This document shows positions 6,444 to 17,021 of a stretch of DNA of 25,084 nt, piece by piece. The number at the start of each line of letters is the position of its first letter. Position 1 is the stretch's first letter. The DNA lies in IMG/VR virus record IMGVR_UViG_3300034073_000278, positions 1 to 25,084 of that record; one strand, written 5' to 3'. The position numbers and the translations under genes were made by a program. The notes below the pieces were generated by a model. The model saw only the letters and a list, made by a program, of their open reading frames with translations. It ran no database searches and was not told where the DNA came from. The stretch is from a virus. Its lineage: Duplodnaviria > Caudoviricetes.

Positions 6444-9221
6444 TCATTCTCCTGTGATTAGTTCTAAACCGCTTTGTGCTGCGGCACCACCAAGTCGGCC
6501 AGCCTCAAATACCAATGCGTTTCTAACCAAGTTTTGAGCCATTGACAGCCTTTGTGCGGCAGCCATAGGCGTAACCAGTATTTCTTGCAATTGGCCTGCA
6601 ATACGGTCTGTAAAGGGCTTATCAAGAAGTCCAGCCTCGATCATGCGGTCACTAATGTACTTCCACTTCTGGGCTGCGCTCTTGGGACTTTGGGAGGCCA
6701 TGTCAGCCACCACCTGTGAAACAGCCTCAGCAAATCGCTCTCTACCTTGCGGATTGTCAATAATGACTCTAGCCGCCTCGACAAGCTCGTCATTCTTTTC
6801 GGTAGTGACTAAGTCACGAACACGGGCGGCACCCGACTGATCGCCTCTAGTAAGGAGTTCTGCTACACGCTGCCCTTCTTTGCGTGCTGCCTCTGCTTCT
6901 TTAGTGAGGGCACCAGCAGCCGTTTCAGCCGTCTTAACCTCAGCCTCACCTGTTTTACGGGCCTGCTCTTCCAGTGCCTTGCGCTGCCGTTCTACAACCT
7001 TAGCGGAAGCGCCAATCTGCCGTTCAGTGCCAGCAGTAATGTCGGCAAACTCACGCTCACCTGCGGCAATGGCCTCACCTGCTTTGCGCTCACCAGTACG
7101 GGTTAAATCGGATATGGCTGTTTCCCCTGCTTTTTCGGCACGTTGAGCCTCTTTTGCACCGGCTTCTTCTGCTCGTCGAATTTGTTTTGCTGCTTTTGCT
7201 GGTTCGCCAGACGGCAAGTTTGGATCAAGCCGAACACCAATGCCTTCAGCTATTGCACGACGACGCTGAGAAGTACGCTCGGCTATGCCTAAACGTCTAG
7301 CGCCTGCCATAAGCTCGTCACGCAGCCGTGGGAATGTATCAATCCAGTCCTGTGTCTTACGATCCATCAAGAATCGTTCATAGGCTGGTGCATCAGCATT
7401 TCGTAGCGTATTTGCAACATAGCTACGGGCGATAGCTTCAGCACGGTCTTGGCCAATGGTTTCAACAAGCTGCGCTACACCCTGTTGGGAGGCAAACACA
7501 TTGTCGGCAAGGCTAGCAGGGTCGAACTTAAACTGGGCAAAGTCGGCCTCTTCCCGTCCTGTAATGCGTCTGGACAGATTGTTAGCAAAACGGTTGATAG
7601 GCTCGGAATCTGCCTTGTACTTTTCTAAAAAGGCTGCAAACTTAGGAGCAAACTCACGCTGAGTGTTCTCAACCAAGTCAGCAAGACGGCCAGCCTGTTG
7701 TTGCCCAATGGCGTCATAGCCCTCAGCAGGCAAGCCAGCCGCACGATCACGCAGACTTCTACGAATGATCTCTAGCTGCTCAAACGATGTACGCATGGGA
7801 ACTTCGACCACTTGACCGCCCATTTCGCCAAGACGAGTGCCCTGCAATACATCACGGATGGATTTGATCTGGTTGCGTATTGTGCCTTCAGGTACGCCAG
7901 CAAGACCCGTTACGGGATTCTTGAGGATGGTATTTAGCTCTTGGACGGCGTTTTGCGCTGCCTTAGTCTGGTTAATGCTTGCGCCTGCCGCTTCTTTTTC
8001 AAACGCCTCACCAAAGGCTTCTTGAGCATAAGTCTTGGCATTTTCTGAGCGAGTAGCACGCAACCGATCCAATACGTCGGTAAAGCCCTGCCGTATGTCT
8101 TGGCCGATATTGCTGATCTTTTTGGGTTCGCCGACTTGGAACTGGGCGGCCTGCACTCGCTGTTGGCCTGTCGTGCGTAACTGGTCACGCACCTGACGCA
8201 ACCGACTAATACGTTGCGTGGCTTGGGCCGCAATCTGGTCAGCCTGTGCTTGAGCCTGAGCAATGGCTTGGTCAGCATCAATCCTAGCCACGGCCTGTAA
8301 CTGAGGCGATTGGTTCTGCACCTGTTGCATGATCTGATTGGCACGCTCTCGGCCAGCAACAACAGCAGCCTGTGCCCTGCTTGCCGCATCTTCTTGCAAT
8401 CGCATGGCGGCGTTTTCAAACTGGCTTTGCAGTGCAGCAACACGTTGTTGGCTGGTTACGTCCAACTGTCCCGCACGGGCTTGTGCCTGCGAAATCAAAT
8501 CTTGAGCCTGTCGCTCTAGTGCAGCGGCCTGCGTTTCAGCCTGCGACACTCGGGTTTGAGCGCCACGGGCAAGCATGTCGGCCACTTCTTTTTGCGCTGT
8601 AAGAGCGTCTTTGCCCCTACGAATTTCATCAATCTTGCCTTGAATAAAGGCACGTTGCTCGGCAGTTAATGAACCGGGCTGCCCCGCTTCACGCTCCATC
8701 ATCTGACCAATGGTGGCCATGCGAGACATTCCCGGGACGCCCATAGCGCCAAGACCACGGGCAATGACTGTGCCGCCAGCTCGCCCTAAACCTTGCACTG
8801 CTCCCGGGCCAAACGTGCCAGCAAGGAATCGAGTTACTTCGGCTTCACCCGGAGTTGCTCCTTTTGCTTCTGCAATTTGCCCACCAGTCTCACCAAGAGC
8901 GCCACCAAGGGCACCATAACCAGCACTAGCTAATCGTTGCCCTTTAAGAAGCTGTCCACCAGCGGCCAGAAATGGCGATAAGGGAGTTGGAACCAAACTT
9001 GCGGCAGTCATAATTTCTGGCGCAAAAACACCTGCTACGGCTCCAAAACCAGTCTCCCGGCCTATATCTTTCAACCGTTCAGTAAACGCCTTGCGTGGTT
9101 GTGCAGGCTCGGGCTGTGGCTGTGCAGGGCGTGGCACCTCGCCTTGAAGAAAGGCGTCTGGATCAAACTCTTTGCGCTTAGGCTCTGTAGTACCTAAAAA
9201 AGCATCGGGGTCAAAAGCCAT
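6444..9221 (-). CDS. Large internal virion/DNA ejection protein
   Basis: 925 aa, Ala/Gln/Arg-rich helical, with a Gly-rich hydrophobic N-terminal region; last of the large post-tail genes. Confidence 0.7.
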   Translation of the reverse strand: MAFDPDAFLGTTEPKRKEFDPDAFLQGEVPRPAQPQPEPAQPRKAFTERLKDIGRETGFGAVAGVFAPEIMTAASLVPTPLSPFLAAGGQLLKGQRLASAGYGALGGALGETGGQIAEAKGATPGEAEVTRFLAGTFGPGAVQGLGRAGGTVIARGLGAMGVPGMSRMATIGQMMEREAGQPGSLTAEQRAFIQGKIDEIRRGKDALTAQKEVADMLARGAQTRVSQAETQAAALERQAQDLISQAQARAGQLDVTSQQRVAALQSQFENAAMRLQEDAASRAQAAVVAGRERANQIMQQVQNQSPQLQAVARIDADQAIAQAQAQADQIAAQATQRISRLRQVRDQLRTTGQQRVQAAQFQVGEPKKISNIGQDIRQGFTDVLDRLRATRSENAKTYAQEAFGEAFEKEAAGASINQTKAAQNAVQELNTILKNPVTGLAGVPEGTIRNQIKSIRDVLQGTRLGEMGGQVVEVPMRTSFEQLEIIRRSLRDRAAGLPAEGYDAIGQQQAGRLADLVENTQREFAPKFAAFLEKYKADSEPINRFANNLSRRITGREEADFAQFKFDPASLADNVFASQQGVAQLVETIGQDRAEAIARSYVANTLRNADAPAYERFLMDRKTQDWIDTFPRLRDELMAGARRLGIAERTSQRRRAIAEGIGVRLDPNLPSGEPAKAAKQIRRAEEAGAKEAQRAEKAGETAISDLTRTGERKAGEAIAAGEREFADITAGTERQIGASAKVVERQRKALEEQARKTGEAEVKTAETAAGALTKEAEAARKEGQRVAELLTRGDQSGAARVRDLVTTEKNDELVEAARVIIDNPQGRERFAEAVSQVVADMASQSPKSAAQKWKYISDRMIEAGLLDKPFTDRIAGQLQEILVTPMAAAQRLSMAQNLVRNALVFEAGRLGGAAAQSGLELITGE

Positions 9222-9222
9222 C

Positions 9223-10791
9223 TCATTGAACTCCTAAACGCTGTTTGATTTGCGCTGCCCGTGGGTCATTAGGGTTGCTGTTAGCCCAGTTCAAGGCTTC
9301 TTGTTGTTCTTGAGACATAGTTTGCGCTGGCTCATTGTCAACAATCGTGCCAAACAAAGCAGGCTGCCGTAGCAATGCTTGCGTAGACTGACTAAGGCTT
9401 CGCTGTCCACCGGGAAGAAGTTTAAGAACATCATCAACCGTGTAAGGCAGAATGTTGTCCACTTCGTTTTTAAGGCGCTCAATAATTTGCATTTGTGCGT
9501 CATTAGCACCCGTATTTGTCTCAAAAACCTCAAGGCCAATGTCAATCTCTTGTTTAAGGCGTGCAAGGTAGAGCGCCATGTTAATCGCCTTGTCGCCTGC
9601 TTTGGGACGCAAAGCATCGAATGATCGAATATTGGCTTGCGTCGTTCCACTTGCCAAGCCTTGCGCTTCGATTCGGGCAAGTGATGCAGCAATCTGCTCA
9701 CTAAGCTGTTGGAAGGCACGCTCGTCCTCTGACGTCATGTCTCGTGCAGCTAGTGCAATAAGACTGCCAGTAATCGTGGTCGGATCAGACGCAATAATTC
9801 CAGACAGGGCTGGCATAGCGGCTGTTTCAGGCGAATCAAGAAGGTTCTTAAAGTCTTGAACCACGCCACGCAATGCAGTAAAGGTACGCAAAGCAAAGCT
9901 ACGCTCTCGCACACCTGCTTGCGCTGCTTTAGGTGGTGCCTTGCCAATAACGCCGGGGGCACCAATTGTTGCATTGGCTGGATTAAAACCTTGAGCATTT
10001 ACATCAACCACAAGTGGCGTTGGCTTGCCGTTTTCGTCGGTGCCCTCAATGGTTGTAAGGCGTGGTGCTAAAGATTTGGGTTTGATTCCAGCCTCAAACG
10101 CCTTAAGCTCCATCTGTTCGCCAAGTTTTGCCATTTCATTTAAGGCATTACCGTAGCTTCTTAGGTCATTAGCCTTCAAGTGAGCAGCAGCCACACTATC
10201 GGAAAGCTCGGGAGCAAAAGCCTTAAGACGTGCTATACCAGCACCACGCTTTGCAGACTCTTCTTTCATGGCCATGTCGTAAACGCTTTTAGCGTTTGCT
10301 ACTTTGTCTTTGTAAGCCTGTAACTCAGACTCAAACTCTTTGACTGATCGCTCATACAAGTCTTGTTTGCCTGCACGGTAGCCCTCAGTAATGCCCTTCA
10401 TCGACTGAAGCGCAGCCTGACCACTAAATGAGCCAGCAAAAGCGCCTAATAGTGCCACCAATCCAGCCAACTCAATGCCAGCATCGGGATCAAATTCTTC
10501 GACTCGACGTTGCGGAGCCTGCTCCATAACGCCTTGCAACTCTTGTCTTGCCCTGCCCATGCCAGCGGCATAACCTTCTTCTACTCGGGCCTCTTCTTCA
10601 ACTTGTTGGCGTTTTGCGCCACGTTCTGCTTCAGACTTTTGGCGTGCAGCCTCCGATTCTTGACGCAACATCTCAGGTTGCGCTTCACGCACCATAGAGG
10701 CACGGCGACGTGGGCTAGCCTCTTTTGAAACCTGACCTACCAAATTGAGTGGGTCAACAGGGCGATTGAGTGTGCTTGCTAACTCAGCCAT
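9223..10791 (-). CDS. Internal virion/ejection protein
   Basis: 522 aa coiled-coil protein with one hydrophobic segment (LAGLVALLGAFAG); position in the operon. Confidence 0.65.
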   Translation of the reverse strand: MAELASTLNRPVDPLNLVGQVSKEASPRRRASMVREAQPEMLRQESEAARQKSEAERGAKRQQVEEEARVEEGYAAGMGRARQELQGVMEQAPQRRVEEFDPDAGIELAGLVALLGAFAGSFSGQAALQSMKGITEGYRAGKQDLYERSVKEFESELQAYKDKVANAKSVYDMAMKEESAKRGAGIARLKAFAPELSDSVAAAHLKANDLRSYGNALNEMAKLGEQMELKAFEAGIKPKSLAPRLTTIEGTDENGKPTPLVVDVNAQGFNPANATIGAPGVIGKAPPKAAQAGVRERSFALRTFTALRGVVQDFKNLLDSPETAAMPALSGIIASDPTTITGSLIALAARDMTSEDERAFQQLSEQIAASLARIEAQGLASGTTQANIRSFDALRPKAGDKAINMALYLARLKQEIDIGLEVFETNTGANDAQMQIIERLKNEVDNILPYTVDDVLKLLPGGQRSLSQSTQALLRQPALFGTIVDNEPAQTMSQEQQEALNWANSNPNDPRAAQIKQRLGVQ

Positions 10792-11940
10792 TTATCGCAC
10801 CTCGGGGCGTCGGGTTACGGGTTCTTGCGGCATACCAGACTGCATTTCAGGCTGCGGCTGCCCACCACCGCCCCTTGGCTGACCTGCCGCTGTTCTTACC
10901 AAGTCACCCATAATGCTTGCAAGTATCTGTGCAGACTGTGTATCCGTTTGCAACTTGGCACGAATAGCTGCTTCATCGTAAGCATTAGCCAAGTTCAACT
11001 GGCGAATGGCGTTGTTGAGATTGGTTTCGGCAATGCCTGCACGCTCTCTTGCTAGGGTGTTCTCAATCATGCCCTGCTGTGTGCCACTGGTTGCACCACG
11101 GGTAGAGGCCGCCTGACGCATAGAAGCCCTGCGTGCCTCTTCTTGACGTGCCTGTTGAGGCGTAAGGCCACCTGTAAGGGCCTGTTGGCGCAATGCCTCA
11201 CCTTGCTCACGCAACGGTTGGCCAAGGCGACGCAATTCATCTGCGGCTGCCCTACCTTCTTGCCTTGCACTTCTAGCAGCTAAAACGGCTGGTAGGCTTG
11301 TTGCGCCAGTCGTAAGCAATCGAGAAAGCATGGGGTATTGACTAGAAAAATCACGGTAGCGGGTTTCTAATCCTTGCAAACCCTCGCCTGCGCTTCTAGT
11401 AAGCCGATCAAGAATACTAGGCTGCACTTCCTGTGGCGTACGTAAGCCTTGTGCGTACTCTTGCAAACGCATAGTTTCGGCAGGCGATTGTGTCTGAATA
11501 GGTTGAAAACTGTCAGCAAAGGCTTGGGGGCCAGCGCCAAATGGCTGAAAGTTTGTCGGAGCTAAACTGCCTTGGCCCGTAAACATAGGTTGTTGGGCTG
11601 TAAATCGCTCAAACTGGTCGGGAGCCATGCCTTGTATGTCAGCAGCCTGTGTCTCAGGTGTGAATTGGCCGGGGCCAAAACCAATATCGAGTTGCGAGTA
11701 ATCAATCGGCTCTTGGTTCATTTCGAAGCCGTAATCCGCACCCGTAAAGTCTTCAGGCTGAAACTCTGGCAAACCTGTCATGGGGTTGATTCGGCCACTG
11801 CCACCCGACTCAAGAAGCATTTGCGCTTCTTCTGGTGTAATATGAGCCAACATAGTGTCTGGGCCACGGCCCATTTGACGCAGCATTTCTGCGAGTTCTC
11901 GGGCGCTTCCAGTACCGCCCATGCCGGTTAAAGTTTTCAT
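10792..11940 (-). CDS. Internal virion/ejection protein
   Basis: Start revised to MKTLTGM (ATGA overlap at 11937-11940). N-terminal GRGPDTMLAHITPEE...INPMTGLPEF motif; Q/A/R-rich C-terminal half. Confidence 0.65.
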   Translation of the reverse strand: MKTLTGMGGTGSARELAEMLRQMGRGPDTMLAHITPEEAQMLLESGGSGRINPMTGLPEFQPEDFTGADYGFEMNQEPIDYSQLDIGFGPGQFTPETQAADIQGMAPDQFERFTAQQPMFTGQGSLAPTNFQPFGAGPQAFADSFQPIQTQSPAETMRLQEYAQGLRTPQEVQPSILDRLTRSAGEGLQGLETRYRDFSSQYPMLSRLLTTGATSLPAVLAARSARQEGRAAADELRRLGQPLREQGEALRQQALTGGLTPQQARQEEARRASMRQAASTRGATSGTQQGMIENTLARERAGIAETNLNNAIRQLNLANAYDEAAIRAKLQTDTQSAQILASIMGDLVRTAAGQPRGGGGQPQPEMQSGMPQEPVTRRPEVR

Positions 11941-14873
11941 AAGCCTAACGCCCTTCGCAATCGCAATGAACGGCGGTTCCAAACGGCCCTTTGTTCGTCT
12001 GGATCACCGCCAAACAGCGGTTCTTTAGCCCCTAGAATACCCGCTAATGCCTCACCTGTCACTCTACTTGCAAAGGGTGCAACAGGTCTAGTATCGGGGG
12101 AATCAAATATCGCAACAGGGCGTAACGGCGTGCCTTCTTCCCCGCCGCCAGCGCCCCCTTCACCACCTCCACCGGGGCCAGTTCCTTGTTCACCCGCACC
12201 GGGGCCAAAACCCTCAGTACCGGCTCCCGGCCCGGCACCCTCTTCACCGGCTCCCGGGCCTTCGCCACCGCCTACACCGCCAGTGCCAGCACCCTCACGG
12301 CTTGGTAATCCCTCACCAAAGCCACCACGGATAAGGTCGCCAATAACTTCGCTACTCGGACGACCACCTTCTTGTCCTTCTTCTTGTTGCAGCGCACCAA
12401 TTGCACCTACTTGGGTTCCGAGGGATTCAATTTGCTCACGAGACTCTCGTTCGGCACGCTCTAAACCGGCTAATTCTTGCTCTAAAGCAGACTGCAAATC
12501 AGGCCCAATAGCGGCTACAAGGTTGGGGGCACGCAGTCTTTCTTGCTGTTCTCGTGCCCTAGCAAGGTTTACTTGGGTTTGTTCGTACTCTTTTTGGGCA
12601 TCTTGTAGGTTTTTCTCAAGTCTTCCTAGTTCGGCACGCAAAGCCTCTTGAATATCACCCGGTGTAGCACCGCCGGGGGTACCAGCAGCGCCTTCTGCAC
12701 CTGAAGCGCCCTCTGCACCCTCTGCTCGTGGCCCCGGCTCCAATCGAACGGGTTGTGGCTTTACAAGATCAGCTTTGACTTGCTCAATAGGTTTTGGTGT
12801 GAGCTTGAGTTCTGGCGTAACGTCTGGCGATGTGACGGGTGGCATCTGTAAATCCACCGTATACACCTTGTTTGTTATTTTTGAGGCAAGCAATTTAGTT
12901 TGAGCTTTGTTCGGAAGCACAATAACAGCGAATGGCTCGCCGTTAACTTTATAAACTTCGTTGTTATTACCGTCCCTGCCAATAAATATAAACTCTGCCG
13001 AGGAACCTGTGCCATAACCGCCACCGCCAATGACTGCACGTTTAGTTCCTTCTTGTCCACCAAACTCTCGCAAATCAATAAGTGCGTTGTACTCGCTAAG
13101 AAATGCCTGCGGTATGCCAAAACTGCCTGACTGACCACGCATGTCAGGGCGCTCACGGCTTACTACGCTTGTAAATGGCTCGGGCTGGTATTCGTAGAAA
13201 ATATTGCCAAGGTTGTCTGTAACGATAAAATATTCATAGGGCATACCGTCAAAACGCACACCCTCAACTAATTTACGAGTTTCGGTAACGCCATCAACAT
13301 CGGCAGTCTGAGTATCGACAACATTTTCGCTAGGCAACGCCTCTGCTTTTAGACGGTCAAACAACTCAAGCGTGTCGGAAAAACCTATTTCATCAGCGCC
13401 AGCTACCTGCAAACGATCTGTCTCAGCCCTTCGATCTGGCTCAGGTTCTTGCCCCAAACCGCTTAAACCGGCTTGTATAACAATGCCGGGGCCAGCCGCC
13501 TTGAGTGCATCACCCACGTCTTGACCTCTGACAGCAGCGTCCGTAGCAACTTGAGCAACGCCTTTAACTCCATTGAAAACTGTGGCCAAGGCTCGTGGGT
13601 TTTGTGTGATATTTGCCTCAACAAAGTCTTTAGCTTTGTTAGCGGCAGCCGTACCTAAACCACGGGCAACAAGGCTAGCACCGAGGGCTGAACCAAAGCC
13701 ATCACGGTTTTGAGCGTCAGCAACAATACCATCCGCAATAGAGCTAGCAATAATGTCTTGGGCTTGACGTAGTTCTAAGCCAGTCATATCGGCAATTGCC
13801 TGCACGTTAGCTTCGCCACCCATAAGCGTATTGGCAATGTCGGGGGCACTTGCAATAGCACCGCCAACGACAAAGCCAGTAATCATGGACTGTTCAACAT
13901 TGCCGCCAGTAACGCCTGCAATCAAACCACTAACGCCAGAGTTAACAATTGCATTTCCAGTAATTTTAGCGGCGGCAGTGTTTGCTAATTGCTCAGGAAG
14001 TACGGAGTTACCAATCTTGGTTGCGTAGTCTGCACTAGCAATCTCGCTACTTATGTAAGTTGTAGCTGCGGCCATAGCCACTTTTTCAGGCTCAATTTTT
14101 CCTGTAGTAGCCAATTGACCTAAAGAACTTCCTATGGCGGCACCAGCAGGGCCGCCGTAATAAGCGCCGACAATCGTAGCAACCGGCTCAATAAAAGCCG
14201 CTAAATCACGACCTAATAATTGTTGGCCAATGCTTTTAGTTTTTTCATGGACGGGGAAAAGAACGGCTCGGCCTGTGCTGTCAAAATAGATTGAAAGGTT
14301 GGCACCGTCTTTAACGCCACCAAGAATATCGCTCCACTTATCGGCACCCGTGTCTCGATCTTTTTTAATCTCGAAAAGGCTTTCGCCCGTGTCTCGGTTA
14401 ACCACAAACCTGCGGCCACGGTCATCCGTTGTTTCGGTAAGCTGTGCAAGGTTGTCCACACCCTTTTGGGCTAGCTTCTTGGCTGTTTCCGTGTGTATCT
14501 TGTCTAAGTCGCTTTGCCTACCGCCGTAGCGTGCTGTTGGGCTGGTTTCAACCACAATCCCATACATGCGTTTTAGTTCATCTGTAAGATTTGCAGTTCT
14601 TTCTTCACGGCTAGCAGGGGCAGCAGGTGCTTCGGGTGCCACAGTAGGCACGTTTTGCGGAAGCTCTACCGTTGCCTGCATCAAATCTTCAAACGGCATT
14701 TGATTAACAGGCGTGGTAGGCAACGTAATTGTTTCTACCGCCATAGGTGTTCGTGGCGAAACAACAGCAGGTTGTTGCGATGGTGGAAACGGCCCCATAT
14801 TTAGAACAGGCGAGCTTGCCGCCCGGTTTGCTGATGCTAAAAGGTCGGCAAAACTAAGGTTCTGAATCGCCAT
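11937..14873 (-). CDS. Large internal virion protein
   Basis: 978 aa with a Pro-rich N-terminus, glycine-zipper segments (GGPAGAAIG), a coiled coil and a Gly/Glu low-complexity tract. Confidence 0.65.
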   Translation of the reverse strand: MAIQNLSFADLLASANRAASSPVLNMGPFPPSQQPAVVSPRTPMAVETITLPTTPVNQMPFEDLMQATVELPQNVPTVAPEAPAAPASREERTANLTDELKRMYGIVVETSPTARYGGRQSDLDKIHTETAKKLAQKGVDNLAQLTETTDDRGRRFVVNRDTGESLFEIKKDRDTGADKWSDILGGVKDGANLSIYFDSTGRAVLFPVHEKTKSIGQQLLGRDLAAFIEPVATIVGAYYGGPAGAAIGSSLGQLATTGKIEPEKVAMAAATTYISSEIASADYATKIGNSVLPEQLANTAAAKITGNAIVNSGVSGLIAGVTGGNVEQSMITGFVVGGAIASAPDIANTLMGGEANVQAIADMTGLELRQAQDIIASSIADGIVADAQNRDGFGSALGASLVARGLGTAAANKAKDFVEANITQNPRALATVFNGVKGVAQVATDAAVRGQDVGDALKAAGPGIVIQAGLSGLGQEPEPDRRAETDRLQVAGADEIGFSDTLELFDRLKAEALPSENVVDTQTADVDGVTETRKLVEGVRFDGMPYEYFIVTDNLGNIFYEYQPEPFTSVVSRERPDMRGQSGSFGIPQAFLSEYNALIDLREFGGQEGTKRAVIGGGGYGTGSSAEFIFIGRDGNNNEVYKVNGEPFAVIVLPNKAQTKLLASKITNKVYTVDLQMPPVTSPDVTPELKLTPKPIEQVKADLVKPQPVRLEPGPRAEGAEGASGAEGAAGTPGGATPGDIQEALRAELGRLEKNLQDAQKEYEQTQVNLARAREQQERLRAPNLVAAIGPDLQSALEQELAGLERAERESREQIESLGTQVGAIGALQQEEGQEGGRPSSEVIGDLIRGGFGEGLPSREGAGTGGVGGGEGPGAGEEGAGPGAGTEGFGPGAGEQGTGPGGGGEGGAGGGEEGTPLRPVAIFDSPDTRPVAPFASRVTGEALAGILGAKEPLFGGDPDEQRAVWNRRSLRLRRALGL

Positions 14874-14874
14874 A

Positions 14875-15222
14875 CTAGGCTCCTAAGCGTCGAGCAATCT
14901 GCTCATGGATTAGCAAGTGCTGCTGAATCCAGTCATAAAAGTCATCCTCTTGGTTCCAATCGCTATCAAGAAGATTAAACGGGTTGTCTAAATCAAGGAT
15001 CGTGGCAAACGATTGATGCTCAATTTGATGAATGGCAAGCCAATCGTCTAAGTCTTCCACGTCAGCATCAATTAAGGGGAAACGTGGCACCTGAAAACCA
15101 AGGTCTTGCAAACGCTCGGCAAAGGACTGGTGCTGGATACCGTTTTCAAAGAGAAACTCATTAAGTCCGTCTGGGTCGCCAAAACGGACTTGAGACAAGG
15201 TATCCATGTTGTACCCACTCAT
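14875..15222 (-). CDS. Hypothetical acidic protein with repeated HxxxH motifs
   Basis: 115-aa ORF coupled to both neighbours; internal three-fold repeat. Confidence 0.8.
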   Translation of the reverse strand: MSGYNMDTLSQVRFGDPDGLNEFLFENGIQHQSFAERLQDLGFQVPRFPLIDADVEDLDDWLAIHQIEHQSFATILDLDNPFNLLDSDWNQEDDFYDWIQQHLLIHEQIARRLGA

Positions 15223-15452
15223 TTGTCTGCCTTTTTCCTTAGCTCTTGATAAATGTCCGTAAGCATCTGTTTGACTTCTTTAAAGTCATCTTTTACGTCA
15301 TCTCTTTGGGCGTAAGTCTTGGGCAACTCTTCTCGCAACTTAGCAAGATCGGTTTTAAGCTCCTTAACGGCAGTCCATAACTCACGGGCAAACCAGCCCA
15401 ATGCCGTTAAACCAATGCCACCAATAAGATTAAGAAGATCTTGTAAGGCCAC
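15219..15452 (-). CDS. Small protein with N-terminal TM and coiled coil (holin-like/XhlA-like architecture)
   Basis: LLNLIGGIGLTALGWF followed by heptad repeats; GTG start with SD GGAG. Confidence 0.7.
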   Translation of the reverse strand: MALQDLLNLIGGIGLTALGWFARELWTAVKELKTDLAKLREELPKTYAQRDDVKDDFKEVKQMLTDIYQELRKKADK

Positions 15453-15453
15453 A

Positions 15454-16203
15454 TCACACTCCGTAGTAAGGGACTTTTTTGGTTGTACCGTTAATCACAA
15501 TGGAAACGTAGCCTTCTGGCACCAACGGAAGCTCGTCCGTGGCAAAGGTAGCTGTTGCGGCAGTAGCAAGGTTAGCAAAGACGTTAGCCGTTACCGTGAC
15601 ATTGGCAGCCGTAAGGTTTGCAACTTCAATAACGCCACCCGTAATGTTGACGTTGCTGGCATCCTGTGTAGCTATGGTGCCAAGGCCAGAGACTTCAGCC
15701 GTGGTAATAGAAATTGTGACGTTAGAAGCGGCTGTAAGCCTGCCCTGCTGGTCTACGGTAAACGTGGCTACCGTGTTTGCACCACCGTAGTCGTCAGGCG
15801 ATACGGCAGTATTGGCAAGAAATACGTTGACGTTGGCCTCTAGGTTGCCACCACCGCCCAATCCTGTGCCTGCGGTCACATATACATTGCTTGCGGCAGC
15901 ATTGACATTGGCAGCAGTCAGTACAACCGTGCCCACCTGCCCGTTTACAGAGCTTACCGAGTCGGTGTTATCGACCTTTTCCCACACACTGCCGTTGAAA
16001 ATTGCCCAGTCGCCAATCTCCCAATTGGTAATGCCGTCAAGATTCGTGCTTCCAGCAACATTGACAACATAATAGTCGCCTTGCGTGCCCGTTCCAGACG
16101 CTAAGGTAGGCGTATTGGTACTCGCATCCCATGTGCCTTTGTAGGTAACAGCGCCTACGCCGCCACCACCTGTTACTGCAAAGCCCCCAAGCGCCTTAAG
16201 CAT
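15454..16203 (-). CDS. Short fibre protein
   Basis: YKGTWDASTNTP, GDYYVV, GDWAIFNGSVWEK and VSSVNGQVGTVVL motifs typical of phage fibres. Confidence 0.75.
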   Translation of the reverse strand: MLKALGGFAVTGGGGVGAVTYKGTWDASTNTPTLASGTGTQGDYYVVNVAGSTNLDGITNWEIGDWAIFNGSVWEKVDNTDSVSSVNGQVGTVVLTAANVNAAASNVYVTAGTGLGGGGNLEANVNVFLANTAVSPDDYGGANTVATFTVDQQGRLTAASNVTISITTAEVSGLGTIATQDASNVNITGGVIEVANLTAANVTVTANVFANLATAATATFATDELPLVPEGYVSIVINGTTKKVPYYGV

Positions 16204-16212
16204 GATGTTCTC

Positions 16213-16557
16213 CTACAAACCGTCACCCGGCGTGATGTACAAGTCGGCAGTGCCAGAGCTTGTAATCGCCGTGAAGTAAGCATTAGGAACAAACGATAAA
16301 ATCTCGTCTGTTTGAGGTAATAGTGTAAGCACTGCAGTGCTGTTTGCGCCACTCCCAGTGGGGATTACGCAGTTGGTCGCAGCATCGGCTGAGGCTTGAG
16401 CATAAGCCAGCCAACAGGCCGTATTGCTTGATAGGTTAATTACCCTGTACTGGTTTCCACCAAGGGTCGTAGAAGGCACCTGAACGGGCGTAGGAGCCGT
16501 TGTATCGGCAACCAGCTTTACCGTCTTGCCAAGGGCTGTAAAGGCGTTAATTCCCAT
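16213..16557 (-). CDS. Hypothetical beta-rich virion protein, paralog of 4993-5343
   Basis: Lies between fibre genes; shares motifs with the other copy. Confidence 0.8.
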   Translation of the reverse strand: MGINAFTALGKTVKLVADTTAPTPVQVPSTTLGGNQYRVINLSSNTACWLAYAQASADAATNCVIPTGSGANSTAVLTLLPQTDEILSFVPNAYFTAITSSGTADLYITPGDGL

Positions 16558-17012
16558 TAGATTACTCCTTCCATTGGCACATAATCAGGGTCATGCGGCA
16601 GGCTCACATCAGGAAAGCCCTCGGCACTAGGCAGATCACGCAATGCCTGTCGGTATGTTGCCCATTCCTGATCCATCGCCACGCCTGTCTCAGCCGCACG
16701 AATCACACGCCAGTCACAAGCCTCTAAAGCCCTGTCACGAGCCGCACGAACCTGTGCCGACTTGCTTGCAACATCAGCCGCAATTTCTTCTGCGGTTTTA
16801 TCAGCCACAGAGACAATAAAGGCAAAGCCGTTTTCTACTACAGGATCACAAGGCACAAGTTTCTGCGTGGCTCTGTTGTGTTCTCTGAACAATGAAACCT
16901 TAACCGCACCATGAGAGGCTAGGAACGAATCAGAAGGCCCAGAGGCGGGGAAGGATGTATTAGGAAATGCGTCTTTGTAGTGGCTTACTTTGCCGTTAAA
17001 GTAGATTTGCAT
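16557..17012 (-). CDS. Tail fibre assembly chaperone
   Basis: C-terminal VRAARDRALEACDW...WATYRQALRDLP motif; follows the fibre gene. Confidence 0.85.
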   Translation of the reverse strand: MQIYFNGKVSHYKDAFPNTSFPASGPSDSFLASHGAVKVSLFREHNRATQKLVPCDPVVENGFAFIVSVADKTAEEIAADVASKSAQVRAARDRALEACDWRVIRAAETGVAMDQEWATYRQALRDLPSAEGFPDVSLPHDPDYVPMEGVI

Positions 17013-17021
17013 GATTAGTCC

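Noticed and set aside
12130-12300. Quasi-repetitive GC-rich tract as a repeat array
   Set aside because: It encodes the Gly/Glu/Pro low-complexity region (GPGAG units), with no fixed repeat-spacer period.
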